A DNA stretch of 64,000 nt, from the NCBI GenBank assembly GCA_965246715.1, contig CBDFFH010000055.1, positions 128,001 through 192,000 of the forward strand. Direction: 5' to 3'. The first letter of the stretch is position 1. Each line of letters begins with the position of its first letter. Source of the stretch: Chamaesiphon sp. GTDB lineage: Bacteria; Cyanobacteriota; Cyanobacteriia; Cyanobacteriales; Chamaesiphonaceae. This document shows, piece after piece, positions 10,743 through 21,335 of this stretch. A model generated the notes under the pieces. It saw only the letters and a program-made list of their open reading frames with translations. It was not told the DNA's origin and ran no database searches. The position numbers and the translations under genes were made by a program.

Positions 10743-12157
10743 GGCTCTACCGAACTTGCTATGCTAAGTAGTGGATAAGAATCAAGTTTAATTGACAAAA
10801 TTGATAATTTTGAGTTATGGAAGCTTGGTGCAGCATAAATGACAGATTTTATTATAGAATAGTAAGATCTTGATTTCTGGCAACAAATAAGCTTGAATTG
10901 CATTATGTCATCCAAATCGCAACTAAAAACCATTAATGAAATTCTTAATATCGACGGAATGACCGTCACTGCTTATAAGATCTTAGATGAAATCGGTTAT
11001 TTTATTTATCTAGAAAATCAGCAATTAAAAGCAGTGTGTCCTCATTGTGGAACTGAAAGTAATAAACTTCATGAGAATCACCAATTAACAGTGAGAGATC
11101 TACCATTCGGTGAACATGATGTTTACCTTAAAATTAATCGTCGTCAATTCAAGTGTATGAGTTGTGGTCGAAAATTCAGTGAGGAATTAAATTTCATCAA
11201 AAAGAGAAGTCATTTCACCGAGCGAATGAAGCAGAAGATTGTCGAAGAGAGTCTAGCTAGTGATATTAAAAGTGTTGCCAAAAGAAATGGATTAAGTGAG
11301 CAAGAAGTGGAGACAATAATCAAAAAAGCTGGGGTAAATCTAGTGCAAAAAAAGCCAGAGAATTTAACCAGACTAGGAATTGATGAAATTGCCTTTGTTA
11401 AAGGGCAAAAAAACTATTGTGCGGTGTTAGTAGATCTAGAAAAAAGAGAGTTAATAGCCATCTTACCAAAAAGGACTCAAGAATGTATTGGTGAGTGCTT
11501 GAAGTCTTGGGGTTCGGAGGTTTTGAACCAAATTACAGAAGTAAGTATCGATCTATTTTCATCATACAAAAGTCTGGTAAATGAATTGATACCAAATGCT
11601 GAAGTGGTTGGAGACAGATTTCATGTAATGAAACAGATAAATGAAGAGTTAGATCGAGAGAGAATTAAAATCAAAAGAGAGGCTGAGAGGGTGAAGAACA
11701 AAGATGAAAAGAACAAGAAATTAGCAGCATTAACTCACAGTAAATATGCAATACTCAAAAACGAAGCGGATTTGAATGAATTGCAAAAAGAGAAGTTGAA
11801 AGAGATTGGAGACGTTTTTCCAGAATTAGCAGCAATGCACAAAACAAAAGAGTTATTTAGAGATATATTTGAATCAAAAACAGATTGGGGAAATGGGCTA
11901 ATAAGCTTGTGTGACTGGCTCAAGAATGCTTGTGGGAAATTCCCCAAGAGTTGTGGAACTATTAAAAGATGGATTGGTGAAATAATTGCCTATTTTGATA
12001 ATAGAACAACTCAAGGAGTCGTCGAAGGAATTAACAATAAACTCAAGCTAATAAAAAGAATGGGATATGGGTTTAGAAATTTTGAGAATTTTCAGATCAG
12101 AAGTTTGCTAGCATGGCATTTCAATCCTTGATTTAGCATAGTAAGTTCGGTAGAACC
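10743..12157 (+). mobile_element. ISL3-family element nested in ISAs1-B
   Basis: IRs GGCTCTACCGAACTTGCTATGCTAA and TTAGCATAGTAAGTTCGGTAGAACC. 8 bp TSD AAATTTCC at 10735-10742 and 12158-12165. Confidence 0.93.
10905..12131 (+). CDS. ISL3 family transposase
   Basis: CPHCG..CMSCG zinc finger, LGIDE, DRFHV and EGINNKLKLIKRMGYGFRNF motifs. Confidence 0.95.
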   Translation: MSSKSQLKTINEILNIDGMTVTAYKILDEIGYFIYLENQQLKAVCPHCGTESNKLHENHQLTVRDLPFGEHDVYLKINRRQFKCMSCGRKFSEELNFIKKRSHFTERMKQKIVEESLASDIKSVAKRNGLSEQEVETIIKKAGVNLVQKKPENLTRLGIDEIAFVKGQKNYCAVLVDLEKRELIAILPKRTQECIGECLKSWGSEVLNQITEVSIDLFSSYKSLVNELIPNAEVVGDRFHVMKQINEELDRERIKIKREAERVKNKDEKNKKLAALTHSKYAILKNEADLNELQKEKLKEIGDVFPELAAMHKTKELFRDIFESKTDWGNGLISLCDWLKNACGKFPKSCGTIKRWIGEIIAYFDNRTTQGVVEGINNKLKLIKRMGYGFRNFENFQIRSLLAWHFNP

Positions 12158-12288
12158 AAATTTCCTACTATTTAAAATCCTCGCAAATCAGTTGCAGATT
12201 TGAATTACGAAAAGTATGAAAGCTTTAATGGTAAACAAGTATAGCCAGTTAATTATGTTATATTTATTGGAAATTCAGATCGCGTCAA

Positions 12289-13428
12289 ATGAAGCTAAAG
12301 CCAAGGCATAGTATCGCAGAACACTTTGGTGACATAAAAGACATTAGAATTGAACGGGGGAAAAAACACAAACTAATCGATATTATCACGATCTCGATTT
12401 GTGCAGTAGTATGTGGAGCAGATGGATGGGAAGACATAGAGCTGTATGGCATCACCAGAAAAAAATGGCTGGAGGAATTTCTAGAATTACCGAATGGGAT
12501 ACCATCTCACGATACATTTGCACGGGTATTTTCACAAATTAATCCTGAAGAATTCAATAAATCTTTCCTGCATTGGATTAAAGGAATAAGTAAAATAACA
12601 GCAGGAGAGATAATCGCATTTGATGGAAAACAATCTCGAAATTCAAGAGACGAAAAAAATGGTAAAGGAGTAATTAATACGGTCAGTGCTTGGGCAGCAA
12701 GTAATAGATTAGTATTAGGACAAACAAAAGTCGAGAGTAAATCAAATGAAATTACTGCATTGCCTGAGTTGATTAATGCCTTAGATCTAGCTGGATGTAT
12801 AGTGACAATTGATGCAATGGGATGTCAGCGAGAAATAGTCAAGAAAATTGTCAAAAAAGAAGCAGATTATGTAATTGCTGTCAAAAAGAATCAACCAAGT
12901 TTATATGAAAGGGTAGAACAGCTATTCAAACAGGCGATTAAAACTCGTGGTGAAAGTCTGAAAACGCATAGCTTCAGCAGTAGAGAGATGAATAGAGGTA
13001 GAGAGGAAACTCGTAATTACCTAATGATATCAGACATTGCAACATCAATAGATCCATTGCTAAAATGGCAAAATCTGACTAGTATTTGCATGGTAGAATC
13101 AGTTCGAGTTGTCAATGAAAAAACCAGCGTAGAAGCTCGTTATTTCATCAGTAGCTTAGAAGATAATGTTGAAAAACTAGCAGAAGCAATCAGAGGTCAT
13201 TGGTCGATAGAAAATTCACTCCATTGGGTACTTGATGTTATTTTCAAAGAAGACATTAGTCGAATTAGAAAAGATAATGCTCCAGCTAATTTTGCTGTTT
13301 TAAGACATATAGCAGTTAATATAATGAGTCAGAACAAGAGTCGAAAACTAAGTGTTAGGAAGAAGCGATTTCTTGCGAGCCTTGATGAAGAATATTCGCG
13401 CGAACTTCTAGAGGCTATTTTAGCCTAA
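12289..13428 (+). CDS. ISAs1 family transposase
   Basis: Same motifs as 9517-10653; a diverged paralog. Confidence 0.95.
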   Translation: MKLKPRHSIAEHFGDIKDIRIERGKKHKLIDIITISICAVVCGADGWEDIELYGITRKKWLEEFLELPNGIPSHDTFARVFSQINPEEFNKSFLHWIKGISKITAGEIIAFDGKQSRNSRDEKNGKGVINTVSAWAASNRLVLGQTKVESKSNEITALPELINALDLAGCIVTIDAMGCQREIVKKIVKKEADYVIAVKKNQPSLYERVEQLFKQAIKTRGESLKTHSFSSREMNRGREETRNYLMISDIATSIDPLLKWQNLTSICMVESVRVVNEKTSVEARYFISSLEDNVEKLAEAIRGHWSIENSLHWVLDVIFKEDISRIRKDNAPANFAVLRHIAVNIMSQNKSRKLSVRKKRFLASLDEEYSRELLEAILA

Positions 13429-13823
13429 ATTTAACTAACCCCAGAGTATGAATTTGGCTAAATATCTTTAGCCGCACTTTTGCCGGACTAAATTGAGTTA
13501 ATTTAACCTCGTCTTTGGTTTCGATTTTATTGATATTGTCGTAATTGTAGTTAAGCAATCGAATATCATTAATCGCCTATTTTAGTGGCTCTCGATCGAA
13601 ATAAATCCTGTTTTGATGCGTTCACCCTGCCTAGCAGTAATTACAAGATTTCTAGATGCTATTTATTCATTCGATCGTCAAAGTTTTTAGTAATAACAAA
13701 TTTAAGTGCGTTTAACCTGCTAATTACAGTCGCTCGACTTTTGCCGCACTACCTTCAAAATAGCGCGATCGCCAAATTTTATAAAGCGGTGGGTGCCAGC
13801 AGCATAGATAAAGCGTATTCAAT

Positions 13824-14062
13824 CTCAAGAATGCTTACTTGGAATTCCCCAAGAGTTGTGGAACCATTAAAAGATCGATAGGTGAAATAATTGCCTATTT
13901 TGACAATAGAACAACTCAAGGAGTAGTCGAAGGAATTAACAACAAACTCAAGCTAATAAAAAGAATGGCATATGGGTTTAGAAATTTTGAGAATTTTCAG
14001 ATCGGAAGTTTGCTAGCATGGCATTTCAATCCTTGACTTAGCATAGTAAGTTCGGTAGAACC
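13824..14062 (+). pseudogene. ISL3 right-end remnant (transposase C-terminus plus IR)
   Basis: Closely matches 11919-12157 and ends in TAAGTTCGGTAGAACC. No left part is present. Confidence 0.9.
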
Positions 14063-14116
14063 GGATTCGTCTTGTTTGTTTATTTAGTAAGTCAAAAATT
14101 TATAAATATTAATTAT

Positions 14117-14692
14117 TTAAGTTTGACAATCGGGTAATTTTTGGCCTAGCTCGGCTAAATTGAGGACGCGACCGCCAGTAACTAAATAAACGACATCCGC
14201 ACTCGTCCCAATCTGACGAGATAACATTCCCAACCTGTCGCGAAATAATCGCCCGCTAGGGTAAGCTGGCACTACACCCCAGCCAGTTTCCTCAGCAACT
14301 AGCACGATCGTTGCTAGACTGGTTTTCAACTGCGTCAATAACTCTCTACTCAACTCCAGCCACTCATCATCGGATCGATCGAGTAAATTTGCCACCCAGG
14401 TACCGAGCGAATCTACCAATAAGCATTCTAAATCGCTAGCTCGATCGATAGTTGCCGCCAGATCTGCTACAGTCATGACTGTTTGCCAGGTTGCTGGGCG
14501 ACGCTGTTGATGGCGCAGGATTCGGGTTTGCCATTCCAGATCGGTTCGATCTACAGTGGCGGTAGCGATATAAGTAACAGCTTTGGCACTTTGGCTGGCG
14601 AGGTGTTCTGCCCATTCACTCTTGCCACTGCGAGCAGCACCTGTTACGAGAATCAGTTGTCGTTGTGACGATCGAGTGATGCTGTTATGCAT
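14117..14692 (-). CDS. cobU: Adenosylcobinamide kinase/adenosylcobinamide-phosphate guanylyltransferase
   Basis: LVTGAARSGKS, RILRHQQRRP, VDSLGTW and EETGWGVVP..GRLFRD motifs. Confidence 0.93.
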   Translation of the reverse strand: MHNSITRSSQRQLILVTGAARSGKSEWAEHLASQSAKAVTYIATATVDRTDLEWQTRILRHQQRRPATWQTVMTVADLAATIDRASDLECLLVDSLGTWVANLLDRSDDEWLELSRELLTQLKTSLATIVLVAEETGWGVVPAYPSGRLFRDRLGMLSRQIGTSADVVYLVTGGRVLNLAELGQKLPDCQT

Positions 14693-14772
14693 TAAAATCT
14701 GACTGCCTGAAATTCTTTTCAATTTAGCATTTAGACAGGTTACTAGCTACTAGTTACTAAATACCGATCGAT

Positions 14773-15297
14773 ATGTCAATATCCACCGATCTCGATTCAG
14801 ACGCTATCCGAATGGTTGCGTCAGTGCAAGTACCGAAGTTTAGTGGTCTGCGCCAAGATGCTAACCCAATTTTGGCAACGCACATGCTGCAAGAAATGTA
14901 CCGCATGGTAACGGCATGGCAACAAGAACTGCAACAGATCGAACGAGAAACGATCGACATTTCTAGCAGTGGCCCGATTTTAGCGGCTTGGCTAGAATCT
15001 CGCAGTTTTAAGCCTAGCGAGAAGACCGGGAAACCCATTCCTACACCCTATGTTACCGTCGATGTTAATGGTTTGACTGAAATCGATCCGCAGGCTGGAT
15101 ATCGCTTGTGTGGATTGGATGAATACGGAGAACTGTGGAATCGCCCTTGTGCGATGGCCGAGATTTTGAGCGTGAGTCAGGCAATTGCGCGGTATCAACA
15201 GATTAAAGATTTAACCGATCGTAAACAAAAAATCGAGCTACACATTCGCCAAATTCTGGAAGATCTGGTGCATCTACGGATGAAGTTAGAAGATTAA
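14773..15297 (+). CDS. Hypothetical protein
   Basis: 174 aa ORF with GPILAAWLES and GYRLCGLDE..W.RPC segments, of a kind seen in cyanobacterial hypothetical proteins. Confidence 0.7.
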   Translation: MSISTDLDSDAIRMVASVQVPKFSGLRQDANPILATHMLQEMYRMVTAWQQELQQIERETIDISSSGPILAAWLESRSFKPSEKTGKPIPTPYVTVDVNGLTEIDPQAGYRLCGLDEYGELWNRPCAMAEILSVSQAIARYQQIKDLTDRKQKIELHIRQILEDLVHLRMKLED

Positions 15298-15381
15298 GCA
15301 ATTATCGCTCGACAAAATATTTTCAAATTTCGATCGAGATAGTAAAAAAGTATTAAAATACACAACTGACTGGTAAATATA

Positions 15382-15656
15382 ATGGCAAGAATTTTAATTA
15401 TACGAAAAGGTTCCCGCAAAAAGATTGTATTGAAACATCAAAATACTTTCGAGCGAGTCTCTTAGTCATAAGTCAAAGTCGCACAGGCTTAAATATGTTG
15501 TTTAAAGATACCTACACAGGAATGGAGATGAATCGTTTAGAGTTTTCAAGACAAATTGCCATAGGAAATTATCCAGAATATTATAAGAAGAGGTTAAATG
15601 GCCTTTTGATTCCTGTGTCAAAGCCTGATAAATCAAGGAGTAATAACCTAGGCTAG
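15382..15656 (+). pseudogene. Frameshifted small protein with a C-terminal PD-x4-NNLG motif (DUF3892-like)
   Basis: The ATG 15382 frame gives MARILIIRKGSRKKIVLKHQNTFERVS*. The adjacent frame continues LVISQSRTGLNMLFKDTYTGMEMNRLEFSRQIAIGNYPEYYKKRLNGLLIPVSKPDKSRSNNLG* (TAG 15654-15656). Confidence 0.55.
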
Positions 15657-15909
15657 CAAAAATTTTAAATGATACTTAAGCCAAAATAGAGTAATTAATA
15701 ATTAGTTGCCTACTCGATTTTGTCTGAACACATCAATATATCGGTAGCTCGATGCTAATGTTACGGTCTTAGCAAATTATGAAGTTATTGCCGATTTTGT
15801 TCGATCGCTAAATTATTCCTCAATTGAACAATGTGAAATTAAGCTTGGAGATCGGCGATCGCACCACCATCGCGTAAAATCTAACTAATCATTCCCTAGC
15901 ATTCCGACT

Positions 15910-17619
15910 ATGAGTTATCGAATGGAGCGTCGCGCTTATGCACAGACTTACGGCCCCACTACAGGCGATCGAGTTAGGCTCGCCGATACTGAGTTATTCA
16001 TCGAGATCGAGCGGGATCTGACTACTTATGGGGATGAAGTGAAGTTTGGCGGTGGCAAGGTGATTCGGGATGGGATGGGACAATCGCCGATCTCGAATGC
16101 CGATGGTGCTGTCGATACCGTCATTACCAATGCCGTGGTGCTGGATTGGTGGGGGATTATTAAGGCGGATGTCGGGATTAAGGATGGGAAGATTTATAAG
16201 GTAGGGAAGGCAGGAAATCCTTACATTCAGGATAATGTCGATATTATTATCGGCCCAGGGACGGAAATTATTGCTGGGGAGGGGTCGATTTTGACAGCCG
16301 GGGGGATCGATTCTCACATTCATTTTATCTGTCCGCAACAGATCGAAGTCGCGATCGCGTCCGGGATTACCACGATGATTGGGGGTGGGACTGGCCCAGC
16401 GGCGGGGACGAGTGCGACGACTTGCACGCCGGGGGTGTGGAACATGTACCGGATGCTCCAAGCTGCTGATGCGTTTCCGATGAATATTGGGTTATTGGGG
16501 AAGGGCAATAGCTCTCAACCGCAGGGTTTGGTGGAGCAGGTTGAGGCTGGCGCGATCGGGTTGAAGTTACATGAGGATTGGGGTACTACGCCAGCCACGA
16601 TCGATAATTGTCTGAGTGTAGCAGATGAGTACGACGTGCAGGTAGCAATTCACACCGATACCTTAAATGAAGCGGGATTTGTGGAAACGACGATCGCGGC
16701 TTTTAAAGGTCGAACGATCCATACTTATCATACCGAAGGCGCTGGCGGCGGTCATGCTCCAGATATTATTAAAGTTTGTGGCGAAGCCAATGTGTTGCCA
16801 TCTTCCACCAATCCGACGCGTCCGTATACCCTCAATACCCTCGACGAGCATTTAGATATGTTGATGGTGTGTCACCATCTCAGTCCCAGTATTCCCGAAG
16901 ATGTTGCCTTTGCCGAGTCGCGAATTCGACGGGAAACGATCGCAGCTGAAGATATCCTCCACGATTTGGGCGCATTTAGTATGATTTCCTCCGATTCGCA
17001 GGCAATGGGGCGGATTGGCGAGACAATTATTCGGACGTGGCAAACGGCGCACAAAATGAAAATCCAACGCGGTAGTTTGTCACAAGATCGTCAACCGGCG
17101 GATAATTTACGTGCCAAACGTTATATCGCCAAATATACAATCAATCCCGCAATTACCCACGGGATCGCTAATTATGTCGGATCGATCGAACCTGGCAAAA
17201 TTGCCGATTTAGTCCTGTGGAAACCAGCTTTTTTTGGTGTCAAACCAGAGACAGTAATCAAAGGTGGACTAATTGCTTGGGCGCAGATGGGCGATGCAAA
17301 TGCGAGTATTCCTACGCCTCAACCCGTCCACATGCGCCCGATGTTTGGCAGTTATGGGGGCGCGAGAACTAATACCGCTTTTACGTTTGTTTCTCAGGTA
17401 GCTTTAGAGCGAAACTTGCCCCAACAGTTACAGTTACAAAAACAAGCTTTAGCCGTAGTGGGGACACGGCAGATTAGCAAACGCGACATGAAATTAAACG
17501 ATTTGCTACCCCAGATTGAAGTCAATCCTGAAACGTATGAAGTTAGAGCAAATGGAGAATTACTTACCTGCGAACCCGCAACGATTTTACCGATGGCACA
17601 ACGATATTTTTTGTTTTAA
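15910..17619 (+). CDS. ureC: Urease subunit alpha
   Basis: [40 protein letters not shown] and SSDSQAMGR motifs. Confidence 0.98.
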   Translation: MSYRMERRAYAQTYGPTTGDRVRLADTELFIEIERDLTTYGDEVKFGGGKVIRDGMGQSPISNADGAVDTVITNAVVLDWWGIIKADVGIKDGKIYKVGKAGNPYIQDNVDIIIGPGTEIIAGEGSILTAGGIDSHIHFICPQQIEVAIASGITTMIGGGTGPAAGTSATTCTPGVWNMYRMLQAADAFPMNIGLLGKGNSSQPQGLVEQVEAGAIGLKLHEDWGTTPATIDNCLSVADEYDVQVAIHTDTLNEAGFVETTIAAFKGRTIHTYHTEGAGGGHAPDIIKVCGEANVLPSSTNPTRPYTLNTLDEHLDMLMVCHHLSPSIPEDVAFAESRIRRETIAAEDILHDLGAFSMISSDSQAMGRIGETIIRTWQTAHKMKIQRGSLSQDRQPADNLRAKRYIAKYTINPAITHGIANYVGSIEPGKIADLVLWKPAFFGVKPETVIKGGLIAWAQMGDANASIPTPQPVHMRPMFGSYGGARTNTAFTFVSQVALERNLPQQLQLQKQALAVVGTRQISKRDMKLNDLLPQIEVNPETYEVRANGELLTCEPATILPMAQRYFLF

Positions 17620-17795
17620 GTTCTCGTAAATAACGGCTGATGGCTCGGCTAGAATATCGATCTATAAATATAATACCCAGATACCCGACTTCCTAATAGT
17701 AATGGGGATCTGGGATCGATAACGTTTGGCATTTTTGGTTTGACGATTGGTTTGACTTACTAGCAAGTACCCACTAGTTATCTCGATCGATCGGT

Positions 17796-18296
17796 TTATT
17801 GCCCGTTGGTATGAATACCTGTAAACACATACTCACTGTTAACATATTCATCAGAAGATAAATCTTCATTCTGGCTCAATCTCTCAGCTTGCCAAGCATC
17901 TGACTGACTGGAATTAGAGTGACGATCGCGGATTGTTGGCTCGGGAAAATCACCAGGAAGTAGCTTTTTGTCACCAGTATCTTCTACTAAAAATTCAACT
18001 GAAACCTGGACTCTAACTTTACCCTTACACCACCGTCGAGTTGCCAAATCGAGGATTTCACAATTAATTCCTTCCTCGAACCATTGACAGTGTTCGTTTG
18101 CCAACCGCGTCGAACCGATCATCCTCACGGGAATCTCCAATCCGTGTTGGCGTAACTTCTGATCGATCGCTCTACCAACCGAGCCATCAAAAGATTGAGC
18201 GATCGCTTTCTTTAGTTTTCCAGAGCGAAACATGGCCTCACCAAAGGCAATTACATCGTCGTCACCACAATCATAAGGAATTAGATTATTCGTCAT
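17796..18296 (-). CDS. KGK domain protein
   Basis: WFEEGINCEIL...WCKGKVRVQVSVEF signature. Confidence 0.85.
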   Translation of the reverse strand: MTNNLIPYDCGDDDVIAFGEAMFRSGKLKKAIAQSFDGSVGRAIDQKLRQHGLEIPVRMIGSTRLANEHCQWFEEGINCEILDLATRRWCKGKVRVQVSVEFLVEDTGDKKLLPGDFPEPTIRDRHSNSSQSDAWQAERLSQNEDLSSDEYVNSEYVFTGIHTNGQ

Positions 18297-18813
18297 AACA
18301 ATTTTTGTTATCAAAGGTTCCTAGAATATACCATTAACATGATGCCACAAATATAATCTAACTAGTCTTAATCTAGATAACCGGCAATCGCAATTGCGAC
18401 TCGCTCGATCTAAGTCGGGGCAACCTAGATTTAGCACTCACGAATCCGCACTTAATCTGTGCGTAAATTTAGGTGGTACCTCTTTTGCTATTGTGCCCAC
18501 AATATTTACAGATCGTGAGGTAGATGTGAGAGTCTGAGTTCGACGATCTGTGGCATGGCGATCCGCTGAGAATTTTTGAGTGCGGGTATAGCGATCGAAC
18601 CGATAATTGGCATCGCTGCAATAATTTATTCCGCCGATCGACTACAACGAGCCAAACTACACGATCGAGATGGGGATTGCGGTAGGGATCGATAACTTCA
18701 GTAATAAATATTTACGCGATGGCGTTCGTATCTTACCACTTTCTTACTCTCGTTACCCATCACCGATCGATTTCTCGATCGGTGAGATTGCCCTTCATGG
18801 GGACTGCCCACCC

Positions 18814-20296
18814 GATTCGTGACAAGTTAAGAAAAACCGAGGGTTGTCAAGGGGAGAAAGAAAAAATGTCAAACTGTTACTAGCAAAGAGTTAGAACCAA
18901 ATTTGACACATGCCTAAAAAGCGGACAACAAATCGCGACCACGCCAAGCGACAACAACGTCCGATGATGGAAGAGGAGGTGATAGCAGCACAATTAGAAC
19001 AGCTAGTCACGCCAGCAGTACTAGCACAAGAAAAGTACTATCGCCAACTCGGAATGAGGGATAGAATACTGAATCTGCCGCTGATGGTAGCAGCAGTGCT
19101 GACACTAATTTGGCGAGACGTAGCTGGAGTCAGAGAACTCAGCAGAATACTCGCCAGAGAAGGATTTCTCTGGTGCGAACCAACACAAGTCAGCCAACAA
19201 GCATTATCACAGAGATTTTTGACATTTCCCGCTGAAATATTTGAGCGAATATTTAGAGAATTACTGCCAGAATTCGAGCGAAAATGGCACAGTCGCAACA
19301 AAAGACAACTACCCTCCAGTATTCAATTTGCCCGAACTAAATTTGCTAGAGTTTGGGCTAGTGACGGTTCAACATTAGAAGCAATCTTCAAGAAATTAGA
19401 AAGTCTGACAGATGTGCCAAAAAATCAATTAGCTGGAAAAATAGGAGTAGTCATCGATCTAGTAACCCGACTACCAGTAGAAATTTGGTTTGAGTCGAAT
19501 GCCAAAGCTAGTGACATGAAGTTTGAGGCAGATATCCTAAAGCTAGTCAAGCCCCAGACATTAATTTTACTAGATCGAGGATTTTGTCATTATCTGTTTT
19601 GGCAACAACTAATCGAAAGGAATGTTCATGTAATTACCCGCCTAAACAACAAAGCATCATTTACCGTCGAGAGCGCATTCACGAATAGTTACAGCATCCG
19701 CGACCGAATAGTAACAATGGGTGCTGGTAATAAAACAACTCCATGTATCACGATGAGATTAGTGGAAATCAAAATGGGTAAAGCTTGGTACTCTTATCTA
19801 ACTAGCGTGCTTGACCCATTAATTTTACCACCCTACGTAGTTGCCGATTTGTATGGTAGAAGATGGCGAATAGAAGAGGCATTTAATATTGTCAAACGAT
19901 TGTTAGGATTGAGTTATATCTGGACAGGCTCACTTAATGGTATTAAGTTGCAACTCTGGGGGACTTGGCTATTTTATATTGTATTAGTCGATCTTGGCGA
20001 TGCGATTGCTGATGAGCTATCTCTTCCTTTTGACCGCATTTCTTTAGAGATGATTTATCGTGGTCTTTACCATTTTTATGTTGCCCATCACAAAGGTTTA
20101 GCTACCGACCCCATTAAATATTTTGCAGCTCCTGAAAATAGAGATTTAGGTATTATTAAATCTATCCGAAAGCCATTCAAGAAATTAATGATTGACCCCT
20201 TTCCCGACCAAGCGAGCAGGGAAGGCTCATTCTTTTTTGAGCCTTCCGCTCAACCCGGCTTGACAACTGCGCTCGCTCCTTAACTTGTCACGAATC
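18814..20296 (+). mobile_element. IS4-family insertion sequence
   Basis: IRs GATTCGTGACAAGTTA and TAACTTGTCACGAATC. The flanking repeat CTGCCCACCCG (18804-18814, 20296-20306) gives a 9-11 bp TSD depending on where the ends are placed. Confidence 0.88.
18910..20283 (+). CDS. IS4 family DDE transposase
   Basis: SDGSTL, LLDRGF and LYGRRWRIEEAF motifs. The stop codon lies inside the right IR. Confidence 0.92.
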   Translation: MPKKRTTNRDHAKRQQRPMMEEEVIAAQLEQLVTPAVLAQEKYYRQLGMRDRILNLPLMVAAVLTLIWRDVAGVRELSRILAREGFLWCEPTQVSQQALSQRFLTFPAEIFERIFRELLPEFERKWHSRNKRQLPSSIQFARTKFARVWASDGSTLEAIFKKLESLTDVPKNQLAGKIGVVIDLVTRLPVEIWFESNAKASDMKFEADILKLVKPQTLILLDRGFCHYLFWQQLIERNVHVITRLNNKASFTVESAFTNSYSIRDRIVTMGAGNKTTPCITMRLVEIKMGKAWYSYLTSVLDPLILPPYVVADLYGRRWRIEEAFNIVKRLLGLSYIWTGSLNGIKLQLWGTWLFYIVLVDLGDAIADELSLPFDRISLEMIYRGLYHFYVAHHKGLATDPIKYFAAPENRDLGIIKSIRKPFKKLMIDPFPDQASREGSFFFEPSAQPGLTTALAP

Positions 20297-20348
20297 TGCC
20301 CACCCGACTAGCTACAATAGTTAAATTATTAGCGATCTTTGTTATCTT

Positions 20349-21323
20349 ATGCCGCCAACAGTCAGCCTCATTCGTGCCACGTCCTATGAAGCAGATCGAC
20401 TCCGCGAGTCCGTAGAAGCAGTATTAGCCCCATTGGGTGGGATGAGTGCTTTTGTCAAACCAGGCGATCGAGTTTTGCTCAAGCCGAACCTATTAACTGG
20501 AGCGCGTCCGACCAAAGAATGCGTTACGCGTCCGGAGCTAGTCAGATGCGTTGCCGAACTGGTAATTGCAGCGGGTGGGAAACCATTTTTTGGCGATAGT
20601 CCGGCATTTGGGAGTGCCTTGGGTGTGGCTAAATCTAATGGTTATTTGCCAATGATGGCCGAATTGGATTTACCAGTAGTTGAATTTCATGGCAAACGCT
20701 ACGAGACAGCGAGTACCGAGTTTAATCATTTGCTGCTGAGTAAAGAAGCGATCGAAGCCGATGTTATTATCAACTTGCCCAAAGTCAAATCTCACATGCA
20801 ATTGACGATGACATTGGGCGTGAAAAATCTGTTTGGCTGCGTTCCTGGCAAAATGAAAGCTTGGTGGCACATGGAAGCAGGTAAAAGTGCCGAGCGATTT
20901 GGCGAAATGTTGGTGGAGACCGCCCGCGCGATCGACCCAACTTTGACCATTATCGATGGTATTATCGGACATGAAGGAAATGGCCCCAGCGGTGGCGAAC
21001 CTCGGGAATTGGGCGTTTTAGGTGCCGCTGCGAATGTATTTGCGCTCGATGTCGCCATGCTCGAACTGTTGAATATCGAGGCACATTTAGTCCCGACGGC
21101 GGCAGCGGCACAGCGATTGGGATTGGCTCCAGCATTAAGTGAGATCGAGTTTCCCCTGTTGCGTCCGGTAGACTTAAGCTGCAGCGATTGGCAGCTTCCC
21201 GCCGCCCTGATGCCGATCGATTTTGCCCTCCCCCGCGTCATCAAATCTACATTCCGTCACCTCTACATCCGCTTCATCAAAGAACCGATGGTTGCCTATC
21301 AAGGCTCTGGCACAGATAAATAA
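20349..21323 (+). CDS. DUF362 domain protein
   Basis: VKPGDRVLLKPNLL, NLPKVKSH, GVKNLFGCVPG and DGIIGHEGNGP motifs. Confidence 0.9.
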   Translation: MPPTVSLIRATSYEADRLRESVEAVLAPLGGMSAFVKPGDRVLLKPNLLTGARPTKECVTRPELVRCVAELVIAAGGKPFFGDSPAFGSALGVAKSNGYLPMMAELDLPVVEFHGKRYETASTEFNHLLLSKEAIEADVIINLPKVKSHMQLTMTLGVKNLFGCVPGKMKAWWHMEAGKSAERFGEMLVETARAIDPTLTIIDGIIGHEGNGPSGGEPRELGVLGAAANVFALDVAMLELLNIEAHLVPTAAAAQRLGLAPALSEIEFPLLRPVDLSCSDWQLPAALMPIDFALPRVIKSTFRHLYIRFIKEPMVAYQGSGTDK

Positions 21324-21335
21324 GCTATTAGAATG

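Larger units (their letters stand above)
10719..13629 (+). mobile_element. ISAs1-family element B, nested in A and interrupted by ISL3
   Basis: IRs CAGGGTGAACGCAC at 10719 and ATGCGTTCACCCTG ending at 13629. 10 bp TSD CCTAGCAGTA at 10709-10718 and 13630-13639. Confidence 0.92.
9288..13719 (-). mobile_element. ISAs1-family element A (outer), interrupted by element B
   Basis: Terminal IRs CAGGTTAAACGCA(TC)AAA at 9288 and TTTAAGTGCGTTTAACCTG ending at 13719. 10 bp TSD CTAATTACAG at 9278-9287 and 13720-13729. Confidence 0.92.

Noticed and set aside
15994..17067. Antisense and alternate-frame ORFs inside ureC (likewise in atpD, valS, argC, ribBA and others)
   Set aside because: Shadow ORFs of well-conserved genes with no protein-like motifs.
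18446..18585. Nested inverted repeats (CCGCACTTAA/TTGAGTGCGG and ACAGATCGT/ACGATCTGT) as a structured ncRNA
   Set aside because: The stems are short, the inner one relies on over-represented GATCG, and I recognise no RNA family.
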